A stretch of 63,496 nucleotides of DNA from Barthelona sp. PAP020 (GCA_040182905.1 JARQWU010000030.1:1-63496), one strand, 5' to 3'. Positions 12,801-21,788 are shown, counted from the first letter of the stretch. Notes: generated from the letters alone by a model not told the origin. A program made the numbers and translations.

Positions 12801-14264
12801 AGAATTAGATTGTTCTAGAATTGAACTGATTCTTTCTTCAGGAAACTTGGAATCGATAGGTAAATATGTATTACCTGAAAATAATACAGCTAACATAGCT
12901 AGAATCATATTCACAGATCTATCAACACAAATACCAATAATCTCATTTCTGTTTGGAATAAGTGACACCAATTGAGCAACAAACAATTGTAATTCATTGT
13001 AAGTATATGATCCATTTTCGTCTGTGACTGCAATTTTATCAGCATACAATTCAAACGCCTCTCTAAACAAAGATGGCAATGAATGATGAGAACATTCAAT
13101 CTTTGGACCATTTTCAAAAGAATCAAGTAATTGCTTCATACCATCAGATAATAAAACAATGGAAGAAATTCTTTGATTCAAAAAGAAAGGATCAGACAAT
13201 TGAACAAGCAGATATTCATACATGTCCAATAGTTGTTCAATATCTTTGCTGAAAAGCTTTGAGGTTACCTTCAAAACAATTTCCTCCTCCTCGAAAATAA
13301 CTTCCAAAGAAAGTGGATATTCGCTTGAATTGGAATTAGCATTGAAAACAAACATGACTTGATCATATTTCTTGAATGATTCGTCATAAGGAGCTGTTGA
13401 ATTTTGAAGTCTTTGATAAGCATTTTTTACAGTTTCATTATTCATTGAATTGTACATATGAACAAAATTGGGAATATTGACAAGGAAATTGTTCATATTA
13501 AAAAGTTTGCTGAGCACAACTTCAAGAGATATCAAGCAAATCGAATTAGAAGAAATTTTCAAGGATTCGACTCCTTTTTGAATTATATTCAAAGAAATCT
13601 TACGTTCACAAACTGTGGTTTGATTGGTAAATCCATGCACTGGAATAATTTCCAAAGAATCAATGGAAGGATTCTTAAAGTCGCTTAAATTAAAGGGGTT
13701 TCCAAACAAAATACTTTGAATAGCATGATAAATAACAGCAAAATAACTTGTTTTTTCATATCGATGATGAGAATTAATTTGATTGCAAATCATTTGATGA
13801 GTTAATAATTGATACTCATCTTGATCAAAATACATGCAAAAACCATCATTTTCATTGTAATTTAGGTTTAAATTTGAATCATCAAACTCATTTAATCTGG
13901 AAAGATATTCATTTTCAAAAACACAAGTAACATCTTCATAAACATTACTTTCTTTGGTAAATAACAATTTAATAGAAGTATCAATTGGAATATTCCTTGA
14001 ATAAATGAATAAAGAAATAGCTTTACATTTTTGAATGCCAAATATTAAGGGAAAAAAATTAATATCAAAAAAATCCATATCAATACCCACCTTATCATCA
14101 ATACCAACATCTAAACTCATTAAATATCGGGCAATTTGATTAGATTTCTTGTTTAAATTATCAAAACTTAAAGTTTTTCCATAATCAATTATGGCATCAT
14201 TTTCACCATATTTTTTAATTTGTTCTTCAAACCCAGCGATAATATTAACAAAATTTTGGTTCAT
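3804..14264 (-). CDS. Non-ribosomal peptide synthetase: (degenerate A, partial C)-A-T-C-A-T-E-C-(degenerate A)-T-TE
   Basis: A motifs FTSGTTGKPKG and YTSGSTGTPKG, NxYGxTE, GRxDxQVKIRG. T motifs GGHS, GGDS, GGHS. C motifs HHICIDG and HHLTIDG. E motifs HHFIVDAVSW and NLEGHGR. TE motif GYSFGG. The ORF is uninterrupted; probable ATG at 14264. Confidence 0.96.
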   Translation of the reverse strand: MNQNFVNIIAGFEEQIKKYGENDAIIDYGKTLSFDNLNKKSNQIARYLMSLDVGIDDKVGIDMDFFDINFFPLIFGIQKCKAISLFIYSRNIPIDTSIKLLFTKESNVYEDVTCVFENEYLSRLNEFDDSNLNLNYNENDGFCMYFDQDEYQLLTHQMICNQINSHHRYEKTSYFAVIYHAIQSILFGNPFNLSDFKNPSIDSLEIIPVHGFTNQTTVCERKISLNIIQKGVESLKISSNSICLISLEVVLSKLFNMNNFLVNIPNFVHMYNSMNNETVKNAYQRLQNSTAPYDESFKKYDQVMFVFNANSNSSEYPLSLEVIFEEEEIVLKVTSKLFSKDIEQLLDMYEYLLVQLSDPFFLNQRISSIVLLSDGMKQLLDSFENGPKIECSHHSLPSLFREAFELYADKIAVTDENGSYTYNELQLFVAQLVSLIPNRNEIIGICVDRSVNMILAMLAVLFSGNTYLPIDSKFPEERISSILEQSNSSLVITCKSTAKYFKNIQTLCLSEISFDVMKNVHLPEIDVANLAYVLFTSGTTGKPKGVKVGQMAITNQYFAWKHFYGLEPQWKHLQMASFSFDVCTGDIVRSLGSGGNLIIVDRELLLDSTKLASLIDDIQPQFAEFVPAVLRGLKMTNKVFKSLCRVACGSDYWSIDDAKHFLSIFPNGKLVNSYGLTEAAVDTTAKVLSIDDANLSIGKPLANQICYILDDNMNRCPVGTIGQLVISGDGLSEGYINNEELTGDKFVHNPFKEGKMYLTGDLASWNWDGDLIFVGRDDTQVKIRGFRVELSEIEAVASRYLDIKDIVVIAVTKSGSTTLDLACYYVSHNELDLENFIEYLKMNLPLYMIPSYFIELDTIPLTNNGKVDRKKLPNVDNYCATTARKDLVEPITDNERAVLAIVKKLLNNEVISMSDNFFSLGGHSVLVMMMIHELSLIGLSVNVSDVFLASSLKVLAAHCTSLIKVEETSLAMSSKLSSGLSPSQAALYYLQIFEPTSTFYNYSSLFNFEGDVDFIRFEKACKQFIERHASFRTLYKQTSDGKLIQTVKPVDEMFYFESCEKLAISELRSLPVDLENGPIMKFYVSSQQFLMVTHHICIDGSCDQIVLDDLAKLYNNVVLEPLQYSYIDYSSSVTQDNSSLDYFVDRISGKQATELPTDFVRPTQLKFTGESVFFNISAQTVHQLERICQQNSTTLNSVMMTIFCIWLYKHTNQKDLLFGLPTHGRWDGRFNDTVGYFVNPLPIDVLIDENQSFNNLLKQVIDANVGVLKHQQVFFDQIVDKLDSRVSNRNPVFNIMFNMLMQTDVMPKFDGFSISPCDIGQAGSKLDMTFSCMVQPNKEMKIELEYSDELFSKQSIESMMKRFNVLVDEILKDNLMSVKNYAILPSSEKLFLHSFNPLPVSFPETTIHGLIEDAVDMHAEKTAIADDHVSYTYRDANAKANRLARHLQTLNNNTTVGVCMERCADLPIVLWAILKSGAAYLPLDPAYPSERLRYFVEHSETTTIIGQPKFMSIFEGLNMNFINIEDSSAWINNDSSNLNLPVNTHDLMYVIYTSGSTGTPKGVCVEHRSVVNRLLWKRNLGFCAEDRIIQKTPYSFDVSVWELFAPFLFGATLCLLPAGAQNNPDEIIRFVSQHKITVMHFVASMLGAFLEFVEPGSLPSLRLIVQSGEALPSTTAQTCLTRLGHAELYNLYGPTETTIDSSFFRCTLENIGVAPPIGRPVANNQLYVLDKNMQLCAIGVAGELYIAGDGLARGYYKQPELTASRFVPCPFPGSERMYKTGDLVHWTRDGNLVYVGRVDQQVKIRGNRIELGEIEVAITSMQVVQQTIVVVNKDEELGQRLVAYLLLVGEANVSSEAVRQHLGKTLPEYMIPSLIITLKSIPLTPAGKANRKLLSSSDFLSQHMFASAEPITTGEKPRTNNEVVLAGIWSDLLKVPNVNLDDNFFKLGGDSILSLQLVSRARAFDIQITPQDIFRNPVLRRLALIARIQENQKTDLTENATMPLWPIHKWFFEQKHAVPEYFNQAFVIRCPGHVHYSIMQDVLQVLISSFSSLRMSLSEDQQSFKFAEAKDVYFDLPLIETTKEDLINEGVTIQTEIILTEAPLARALLLRTSECDYLTLVLHHFIVDAVSWHVLIPEINRIYLELSTFKKAKNVALNVSLGGWRRKLEEWTLYKVSAAEKQYWHEVILAKVDHIAHSINKCTYAEAPAVEEALNVDETKLLVNNISNISAFTPMDVIFTAVVLGLNKIFDISKFRVNLEGHGRDFEGMDVSNNVMWFTTIYPVLVELQSSNVSMFEKVRMIKQLLKRVPQGGIGYQNLRYLTDEYVNAESITEIGFNYLGVLTDETTDDASDKFEIVGGVGSDVSKKNTFPYVIDFNIGVFNGILSINVNYNSRLVSEKEAKLLVKETKLFVKDICSCILTESASKQGWISNDFGFTLDELSMNINDFTSFFDEIKDLEIISPVSSIQKGMILRYLMNNNTDEYFERRIFKLSNDINLVRLKQAFIQTFDIHPMLRSQYLIDFDEPLFYVRKNISFDWKVIKLPAAEKSDIIEIVNDCMFEEAKEKFDLRRKDKILHRFVIIDFEKEKYMLWLHHHLTIDGYSTSLLFNDVVSFYNGIGLTVPMSNYRDYIKHVFSKPIVDVDYWKPKMSNVSPCNLPLLAKPTDNVTNKRIIHELPSKVFNDLSSLVTDLGIPLTSTIVLSWSITLALLTSAKPVFGLTLSGRSIDLVDIDKIIGPFVNTLPLVTDNLNGSIRQLLHKTNEDIQELNAHSTDELIEVLNLARKTGVSIGSLFDTLLVFDGSRASNVEEQTNSDVPFEVIDGADRTEFPLVISVSMEEGITFKATYIEGNDEYVKYVLDLFMNVLYRIPTAQNFNEIKKDLLEEYHFNNSLLNTPSFADLIESMHGYVKWTDGSLMIDEKVSIDNNVAITNDINVENINLILQNILKGKDVTIDKNVISNKHIIHGDTKISMSRYIYAIYEYQRIFAKLEGNQILIVASQISDVLSLLFACLLSGKNVQFETNITENATNVLLFKNDILNFSSNVEIANFILVGDVTLDDVNHMEKKYPSSSIHVVVAHDIFPLMTGNKKHLEVVRYIGVTSELNEEQVFKGCQGYVTIKTDDEFKTLTKHLTSSVIQRLDNSYQLVAISDVKDLLNIEETIIEDYGFNSIDHYKIGDIMSKLLRVPIKHISSVTNFFHIGGHSLLVMKLLSQLKRELNISISINKFNEEPTIEGIIKNRTTENMNQPIKTSVISSGLVNKPNLFLIHSGNGTATEYLSLLDKVQNFNIVALADPLFGNIKEMHFASMKALVDSYLKTILEIQPSGPYFIGGYSFGGNAALLVAQQLEKTGSAVDSVVIIDSHNPINLKSHLPVGSEEEIIKQVMEAYELNNRKTALELRNEVFVLDNLLMQSRIWNNLIDIKLNTRCYLLKATEKVEMDQGIHNGLATFFNNADTIEIKTIDCDHQHIFDHPEIVANFIDEISN

Positions 14265-14589
14265 TTGAGAAAGAAAAAAATAATAAATTTTCATTCAAAG
14301 GAATTTTGTGGACAATATTCAATCAAAAAAAAATTCCCATTTAAACACGAATAACGCAAAATATTGCCGTAAACGTCTTATTTATAAAAAAAAATAACGA
14401 AAAAAAGCTAAAAAAAAATCGTGAAATCAGAAAAATTGATTGCTAAAGTAACAACCTTAAAAAACTAAGGAAATAGGGATTTTTGCACCCAATAATTTGT
14501 TAGTTTATTATCATAAAGGTATAATGGACTTAGATCAATCTGAAAAGTGTGGCTTTGAACAGGGAAGAGAAAAAAAGGGCGAAGAGAAT

Positions 14590-16344
14590 TTATTGGTGCT
14601 TTACTAAGTTATTGATGAGCTTTAAAGTTCTGAAAGTGTGTTTTGAATCCTTTTGTCGTGATGAGAGTGCTGCACAGAAGAGGGTTTTTATTTTTTTAGA
14701 ATTTTGAAAGCAATTGTACAACACTCTGTTGAGAATGGAACTTTTGAAGGGTGAAGAGACGGTTTCACTATTTTGTACAAAATCAAAGAGTTCCAACAGG
14801 GCATTAAAATCTTGCTGAAGGTTGTCAGCGATTCTTTCATCATAATTGTCTGAATGATGAATTACATTCTCAAAATCTGTGCAAGCCAGATCGACAAAAG
14901 ACAACTTTGACTTTTGAAGAGATGACAGATTTTTTAGCTCAATACACAGAACAATATGGCTCAAAGCGCATCTGTTGCTATTTTCACTAGTTCTTTTGGT
15001 TCTGTGAACCATTATTGGTCGGATTTTCTCCAAAACATCTGTAAAACTGTACACAACTATTTTTTTCAAACCAGAAACAAAAAAGCCATTTGGACCGCTT
15101 TTTTTCAAGTGCTTTATCTGGCTATTGTCAAACAAATCAAATACCTGATTGTCAAACAATTCGATACAACTGATTTTCATCAGCATTCTCACATGATACT
15201 GCTCAATTAGATTGAAGACAGTTTCGAGACTACGCGTGCAGACCCCGCTTTGGTTCATTTCGTCACCAAAGAGGATGGCCGATCTTCCAATGTTGTTTTG
15301 CCCACAGGTAAATACATTGCAATTGAAGCCATTAAAAAGCAGCTTGATTGACTCCTCAAATTCCTTCACATACATATCCCGCTGGCTGAGGGAGTTGGGA
15401 ATGATTGAGCTGAAACGATACGAGCGCACTTCGTTAAACTCATTTTCGTAAGATAACCGACCATCGCTTCCATTTCCATTGTATCTCAAACAGGAAGTGT
15501 TGTTGTTGGTGTCGATCACAGAAATTCTCGGTAGAACTCTGACAGCACAGCCACCATGCTTAATTTCAATCAGATTCTGATGTATGCGAAGCGATTTTGT
15601 CTGTTCTTCACTCAGTTGAAGACCAATTTGCTTGTTTGCACGAACCAAGCGTGAAAGCTCCTTTTCCATGTCACTGATTTGTTTGAGTGATTGTTCGTAA
15701 TACTGAGAATACTGCAGAGGAGTCAACCCTTTGTTTCGATGGTGCTTGTCCATGATCACCTTTAAAGCCCTGTTTTCATCACTGAGACTCCTTTTCTTCT
15801 GGTCAAAATCATTTATAACGTTTATCAAATGATCATTTTCCTTGCATAAAAACTCATACTGCTTTGCCAGTGTATGGTCGTGTTCAATAGGCACAACCTC
15901 CGCAGTTTTATTCTTTAAATCGGTCAATTCGCGGTCCTTTATTTTGAATATATGCGCTAACACACCCAACTCAAATTGTTCCCGTGATCCAATCCGAACT
16001 TGCTCTTTGGAATTCACAAGCAACTTCTTGCTCGATTGAACTCCCGTGTAGCTGGTGGTTTCTGTATCTTGAACATTGGAACCATCAACTCTTTCCTTAA
16101 ACTCCAACACCAAACGAGTTCCATCAGTAAAATTCAATTGGGACGCAGTAACGTGTGATTCCAAAATCACGCTATTGTATGATATTTCAAAATCGTCAAT
16201 AGACACATTTTTCAACGCCTTCGACAAATCTCTTTTGATTTTGGAAATTTTCAATTTTGGCAGATCCTTTGACTTCGCTCCAATCTTATATGTTCGTTCA
16301 CTTTTCGGATTATAAACAAAAAAATTCAAAACATCACTGGTCAT
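14590..16344 (-). CDS. C-terminal kinesin-motor-like protein with degenerate catalytic motifs, N-terminal ubiquitin-like region and coiled coil
   Basis: Kinesin motifs GFNCNVFTCGQ, ISCIELFDNQVFDL, VSGL and SKLSFVDLA. The P-loop reads GQNNIGRS. Confidence 0.8.
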   Translation of the reverse strand: MTSDVLNFFVYNPKSERTYKIGAKSKDLPKLKISKIKRDLSKALKNVSIDDFEISYNSVILESHVTASQLNFTDGTRLVLEFKERVDGSNVQDTETTSYTGVQSSKKLLVNSKEQVRIGSREQFELGVLAHIFKIKDRELTDLKNKTAEVVPIEHDHTLAKQYEFLCKENDHLINVINDFDQKKRSLSDENRALKVIMDKHHRNKGLTPLQYSQYYEQSLKQISDMEKELSRLVRANKQIGLQLSEEQTKSLRIHQNLIEIKHGGCAVRVLPRISVIDTNNNTSCLRYNGNGSDGRLSYENEFNEVRSYRFSSIIPNSLSQRDMYVKEFEESIKLLFNGFNCNVFTCGQNNIGRSAILFGDEMNQSGVCTRSLETVFNLIEQYHVRMLMKISCIELFDNQVFDLFDNSQIKHLKKSGPNGFFVSGLKKIVVYSFTDVLEKIRPIMVHRTKRTSENSNRCALSHIVLCIELKNLSSLQKSKLSFVDLACTDFENVIHHSDNYDERIADNLQQDFNALLELFDFVQNSETVSSPFKSSILNRVLYNCFQNSKKIKTLFCAALSSRQKDSKHTFRTLKLINNLVKHQ

Positions 16345-17080
16345 CCAACATCACCACAAAAAAGAAAACTATTTTTCTCCTCCTCTCAAAATACCATTTT
16401 ACAAATAAAAACCATCACATTTATGTCTCGGCAAACCATACTTTCGCTGCAACCACCATATCAAAAGCAAATATTCCATTTGGACAGAGTTGACAGCGTT
16501 CCCCTTCACTTCAAATTTTCACACAGCAACATTCCTGCAATCTCTACAAACAGCAAAATAAAAAAATTATGGATTTACCAAAACACTCGCCACATGGAAT
16601 GCAAAAGGTCAGTAATTATTTCTTTGGTGATCAAACAGACTGCTGTAAAATTGCAACGGAAGCAACAAAAAATAACGCAAAAACATATTTAACAATGAAT
16701 AATAATTATTTTCTAAAAAAAAATCAATTAATTTAACTTTTTCAGGATAAAAATAGAAAAAATTGCAGATTTAAACTTGCAAACTGAGAAATCACTGCAA
16801 AACAATTGAAAAATTCTTTGACGGAAGAATCAGTAAAAAGATTATTTTCATGCAAAATAAACAATCATTTGGATATAATTATTTATATACAAAGCACAAA
16901 TTTCAAATTTTTCGGTTTGAAATTGTGTTTTTTGTGCGCCAGTTTTGGAAAGCAAAATTCAAATTGATTTGATGTGATTTTGATTTTTTTTGATTTACAG
17001 TAGATCAAGTCAGTTATTCAGTAATCAAATCAGTTAAATCAATATACAGTAATTATATATACAGTTTTTTCAAATCAATC

Positions 17081-17692
17081 ATGACAATACCAAAATATAT
17101 TCAGTCAAGAGATTTTTCAAATTCTGAAGGGAGAAAAGAAATTGAAAAATGGACACTCAGAATTCTTAAGATGTTTGATCAGTTAAGAACAAGAATGACT
17201 CGTGTTGAAATTATTATTCCAACAATGAATGATTTCTATCGGGACATTTGTTTGCCGCCTACAACAGATGCTTCCATCGTTGCAGAATTAAATATGCAAT
17301 TTACTGATTTTTTACAAAAATTTCAGGAATTAGCAGAACAGTCAATAGGTCAACTTCATTCAATACTGGATGAATATCAGTCAATAGCACCTATTGGTCT
17401 TCAACCTGTGGATTTTGAAGGACAAATTTATACTCTTTTAGACAGAAAGCTGCAAGCAGAATATCAAGAATTAGTCGCTCGTTCCAAACAAAGCTTAAAT
17501 CAAAGGGATGAATCAATATGCACAAATGATTCCTTTTCTTGTTCATCTGTAAATTCATTTGATGTAAGAGTAAGAGGAATGAGTGATTTGGATTTTGACT
17601 TTTCCAACAACCAGAGAGTAGGTTTCCCAAACAATTTTCCCATAAATCAAGTCAGACAATTCCCTCCAAATATAGAAAACAAATATTTTTAG
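17081..17692 (+). CDS. Hypothetical protein with weak resemblance to the Vps28 C-terminal domain
   Basis: ATG-initiated 203-aa ORF. SEGRKEIEKW, FDQLRTRMTRVEIIIP and PVDFEG recall Vps28-CTD motifs. Confidence 0.5.
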   Translation: MTIPKYIQSRDFSNSEGRKEIEKWTLRILKMFDQLRTRMTRVEIIIPTMNDFYRDICLPPTTDASIVAELNMQFTDFLQKFQELAEQSIGQLHSILDEYQSIAPIGLQPVDFEGQIYTLLDRKLQAEYQELVARSKQSLNQRDESICTNDSFSCSSVNSFDVRVRGMSDLDFDFSNNQRVGFPNNFPINQVRQFPPNIENKYF

Positions 17693-18216
17693 TTTGATTC
17701 TTGTATAAAATAAATAAGTTATCACTTTTTTTTAGAATGATTTGGATCATGCAACAATTTGGTGTTTCATCTTTCACATCAGAAGTTGATCAAATTTCAA
17801 GAAAAGAACAAACTCATCAGCAAACAAATTTGTTTCTACCCTTTTCTATTCTTCCTTTTCAAATTAATACAAACCATACTGTTTATTTACCAAGCTTTTT
17901 TGAGATCTCTAAGAATTAAATATGTCCTATTCAGTTGAAAATCATCAATAACAGGTAAATACACCACCAAAAAACACACAAACAAACAATAATTTCAAAA
18001 CTGGAACTCTCAAAGAAGCAGGCAAGAATTTACATCATGACAAAGAAATAATTGTCATAAAGTTTATTAAACCGCATTCAAACGGCATGAAATAAAAGTC
18101 TTTCCATTCTTTATTCCCTGCAGAACATCAAGAAGATAACCATCATCAAAGTATTTTTTTTTCTCAAAGATAAAAAACATTATGAAAACAACCCCTGGAA
18201 CCCCAGACTGAATATT

Positions 18217-19548
18217 ATGAATGAAGATTTCAATACAATACAATTATACGAGTTAAAACCTTTAGAATCAAAAGAAAGAAAACTCAATGTGGAAAATGAA
18301 GTTGAAAAAGATACCTCTGCATCTGTTGACTACTTTCGGATTGTTTTGATTATTTTAATGAGCATTACAGTTTTTCCTATTACTTTATACTACATACACA
18401 ACCGAATTTCATTTTTAATTTCTTTGTTCTTTAAGGATTCAAACATTGCTAAAACTAAAAAAAATCTTACTATTTTTATTGTTACATCCACTTTATTCGC
18501 TCTTTTCGGTATGCTTATGGTTTCTCACAGAGATAATTTTTTTATAAAGTTGATAACATTTTGGTCGTATATCTATATGGCCATTTATGTGATTACATTT
18601 TTGGGAATCTTGTTTTTGCATGTAATCGAATTAATAAGTGGATTTTTCTTGAAAATATGTACAAATTACGAATTGTTTACCCTTGTCAAAGTTAAAAAAT
18701 ACATTTATGGGGTTGGCATTATATTAATGATAGTATATCTGGTGATGATGTTAAGCATACGTTTGATATTTGTGCCCGGCATTTATCCAGGTTCTTTACA
18801 ATCCTTATCTTATCAAGATATCTCTTTAGAGTTGGAAGGCTTCAAAATTTCGCACATGGCTGATTTACATTTTGATGGGGTTTTTGGGCATGTTGGTTAT
18901 GCTCAAGGTTTAGCTGATGCAGTTAAAAGAGCTGATTCTGATCTTTGCTGTATTACTGGTGATATGGTTGATACTTCTTATGACCAAATTTTACCTTATG
19001 AAAACCAATTTATATCTTTGGGACAAGCAGCAACAAATGTTCTTGCTTGTACCGGAAATCATGAATACATGCCTTCTCGTACAGAAATCATTCAAAAAGT
19101 TCAATTTATTACTGGAAAAGGGGTTATCTTTCTGAATAATACCATTAATGTCATAGAACGTGGTAGTTCTAAGATTCATGTTGTGGGAATTGACGATACC
19201 TTCGCTTTCTCCAAATTTGAGCAATTATTTGTTGATTTGAATTTAAAGACATTGTCAGAAGATAGCAGTAATTTTATTATTGTAATGGTCCATAAGCCTC
19301 ACAATGGTTTGCTAGATTTAGCGAATAAACATGGTATACATTTGGTGTTGTGTGGTCATGTGCATAAAGGTCAATTTGCTCCTTTAAATCTTGTTGTTGG
19401 ATTTATGTGGCAATATTCTTATGGTTTGTATGAATTAGAAAATTCTAAATTGTATGTTACCAGTGGTGCAGGAAGTTGGGGACCTCCCCTGAGAAGTTTA
19501 ACCACAATGCCTGAAATACCTGTTTTTCAATTAAAACGAAAAGCATAA
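18217..19548 (+). CDS. Membrane-anchored calcineurin-like metallophosphoesterase (YkuE/TMPPE family)
   Basis: About four N-terminal TM helices. Motifs ADLH, TGD, GNHE, VH, CGHVHKGQ and YVTSGAGSWGPPLR. Confidence 0.9.
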   Translation: MNEDFNTIQLYELKPLESKERKLNVENEVEKDTSASVDYFRIVLIILMSITVFPITLYYIHNRISFLISLFFKDSNIAKTKKNLTIFIVTSTLFALFGMLMVSHRDNFFIKLITFWSYIYMAIYVITFLGILFLHVIELISGFFLKICTNYELFTLVKVKKYIYGVGIILMIVYLVMMLSIRLIFVPGIYPGSLQSLSYQDISLELEGFKISHMADLHFDGVFGHVGYAQGLADAVKRADSDLCCITGDMVDTSYDQILPYENQFISLGQAATNVLACTGNHEYMPSRTEIIQKVQFITGKGVIFLNNTINVIERGSSKIHVVGIDDTFAFSKFEQLFVDLNLKTLSEDSSNFIIVMVHKPHNGLLDLANKHGIHLVLCGHVHKGQFAPLNLVVGFMWQYSYGLYELENSKLYVTSGAGSWGPPLRSLTTMPEIPVFQLKRKA

Positions 19549-19932
19549 TGATTATTCATTTATCTCAAATTGCACTCTTTTCATGCATTTGAACAAAAAT
19601 AAAGTAAATAATTATTAATTTTCTTATAAAATGCAACAAATGATGTTCAATTGCAGATATATGAGTCTTCTGTGTGCTAAATTCGCTACAATCTTTGAAA
19701 ACTTTTTGACATGGAATGATTAATTTATGAGGCTGTTTGTTAAGATAAATACACTATGGTCTTCATAATTCTTCATTGGATTGTTGAAAAAAAAATTGAT
19801 TGATTGATTGTGTTCTTGATATACGCATAATATTTTCTTTCAACAATCAGTTTCTTGTTTTTTGGACAAATACATGCTTGTTTTAATATATAACCAACAA
19901 TAAAAATGATAATTCACTTTACATATTTTTAT

Positions 19933-20784
19933 CTATCGTCTTCTGCTTGAAAAACGGCGATTTGAATCTCTGTTATATTCTCTAGGATCTCTTTCCCTGA
20001 ATTCATTGTCACGTGAGTCTCTTGGTTCTCTGCTTCGATCGAAATTTCGATCCCAATCCCGATCCCGATTGTCTCTATCATCTCTGATATCTCTGTAGCT
20101 TCTGTCTCTATCCCTATCTTGATAATCATCTCTCTCTCTACTTCTATCTTGACGATCTCTTCTTGGCAAACGATCCATAGCTTTCTCTCTATAATCAACA
20201 TTGTCGTGATGATCATAATCATCTCGGAAAGTATGTCTCATATCAACATCTCGTTGTGAATGCAATCTGTCTCGATTCACTTCTGCATTCGTCTCTTCTC
20301 GCAGTCTAGTTGATGGTTCCTTGTTTCTGGGTACATTCCGATCTGAATCAGTGCTCCTATTACGTTCATTTACTTTAATTTCAAAAGATCGTTTCTTTTG
20401 GACGTTGCTACCGAATTTTTTCAAGGCAAACTCACGATAGCTCATGTATGTATCGTATGTAAAACCAAAATTAAAATAGTCTGCAGGATGATTTAAAAGT
20501 TCTTCTTTTGACACTGAATCAGCTGGGTCAACTTCAAAAATAGTATTTTCACCACGGTAGTCTAATTTACTAAATTTTGCCAATTCGGGCATTGATAATG
20601 CCAATAATATATTCTCCTTTGAATCTTCTTCAGTTTCACCAAATCGCTTTTGTGATACCGAATATACTCTTTTCTTTTCATTCGTGAAAGCAATTTGATT
20701 TGGAATTGATACTTCTTCTATTTTAAGATCTTCAAAATCATCAACATCTGTATCAAAACTTAAATCATCAACAACCAAATCCAT
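19933..20784 (-). CDS. FIP1: Pre-mRNA 3'-end processing factor Fip1
   Basis: Fip1 motif PADYFNFGFTYDTYMSY, acidic N-terminus and RD/RE-rich C-terminus. Confidence 0.8.
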   Translation of the reverse strand: MDLVVDDLSFDTDVDDFEDLKIEEVSIPNQIAFTNEKKRVYSVSQKRFGETEEDSKENILLALSMPELAKFSKLDYRGENTIFEVDPADSVSKEELLNHPADYFNFGFTYDTYMSYREFALKKFGSNVQKKRSFEIKVNERNRSTDSDRNVPRNKEPSTRLREETNAEVNRDRLHSQRDVDMRHTFRDDYDHHDNVDYREKAMDRLPRRDRQDRSRERDDYQDRDRDRSYRDIRDDRDNRDRDWDRNFDRSREPRDSRDNEFRERDPREYNRDSNRRFSSRRR

Positions 20785-21052
20785 GATAAAACACAAAAAA
20801 TGACTTTTTCCAAAATTCCTCCAAAATTTCTTTAATCCCTTTTATTTTGATTTTAAGAGAAATGATTGTGTCCAATAGAAATGTGTGAAGAGAAAATTGC
20901 ATTCATTAATTTCACCAAGACTTTTACAATTTTCTTTTTTGAAATAGTCCATTCAACAACAAATAAAACTTCTGATTTGTAAAAAAAAACCACAAAAAAA
21001 AGAAAAAACATCTAAATTTTTTTATTTTGTTACACATAAATACTATACTATT

Positions 21053-21677
21053 TTATTCGTCATTATGAACGCCAGGAGTTGGTACAAATAAACGGTAATC
21101 TTTTGGAAGATTAGTTTCATCATAAAGTTCATCGGCAAAATAGATACGACGAATACGGCAGTTAGCATGGACCTGAACGCGCAAAGTTTCAATGTAGTGA
21201 GTACCATAAGCACGCTTGGTGAAATCAGACAAGTTGAATTGGATTTGATTCCAACCATCATCAAGTCTCATGGGCATAGTACAAATAAAAGGTTTGACTT
21301 TCGTCATTGTTTGATAATTGGATGCTCTAAATCTTCTTCTTTCACCTCTATCATCCAAAATTTGAACTTCAAAAGAAAAGAACTTGTTCATAGATTTGAT
21401 AATCATGATCAAAAAGGGAAGCTTAATTCCCAAAACGTCTTGGGGGTTTTGAGGACATGAAATGTATGTGGTGGCAACATTTGTTCCCATGATTTCTAAA
21501 ACTAAGGATTGAATTTCAGGGTCAGTGATTCTCTTAATATGACCATTTTGAACTTGATGTTAGCGTATGCAACAATACATTGAAAAAAATACCATGTTTG
21601 TCCCAAATTTCCAAAGGCCTACTGCCTAATGAATACAAGATAGATAGAAATCCGCTTTGATATTGATTACGAAACAT
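21053..21677 (-). CDS. CFAP20: Cilia- and flagella-associated protein 20 (BUG22); 2 exons (21677-21593, 21552-21053)
   Basis: Spliced translation [54 protein letters not shown]...; C-terminal [15 protein letters not shown]. Confidence 0.96.
21553..21592 (-). other. 40-nt spliceosomal intron in CFAP20
   Basis: GTATTT...GCTAACATCAAG; removal restores the conserved WDKHVQNGH frame. Confidence 0.92.
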
Positions 21678-21788
21678 AAAAGAGAACTACAAAAAAAAAT
21701 TGATTTTAAAAAATTGGAAAGTCCTTTTTTTTTTCTTCACGTTGTTGCGTGTGAAAACGCACAAAAACAAAATACATGACATTTTAAT

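Noticed and set aside
1768..14264. Bacterial contaminant contig
   Set aside because: Base composition mostly matches the flanking eukaryotic genes, there is no operon-like layout, and the region is contiguous with host-family pseudogenes and a kinesin-like gene. Read-level confirmation is still advisable.
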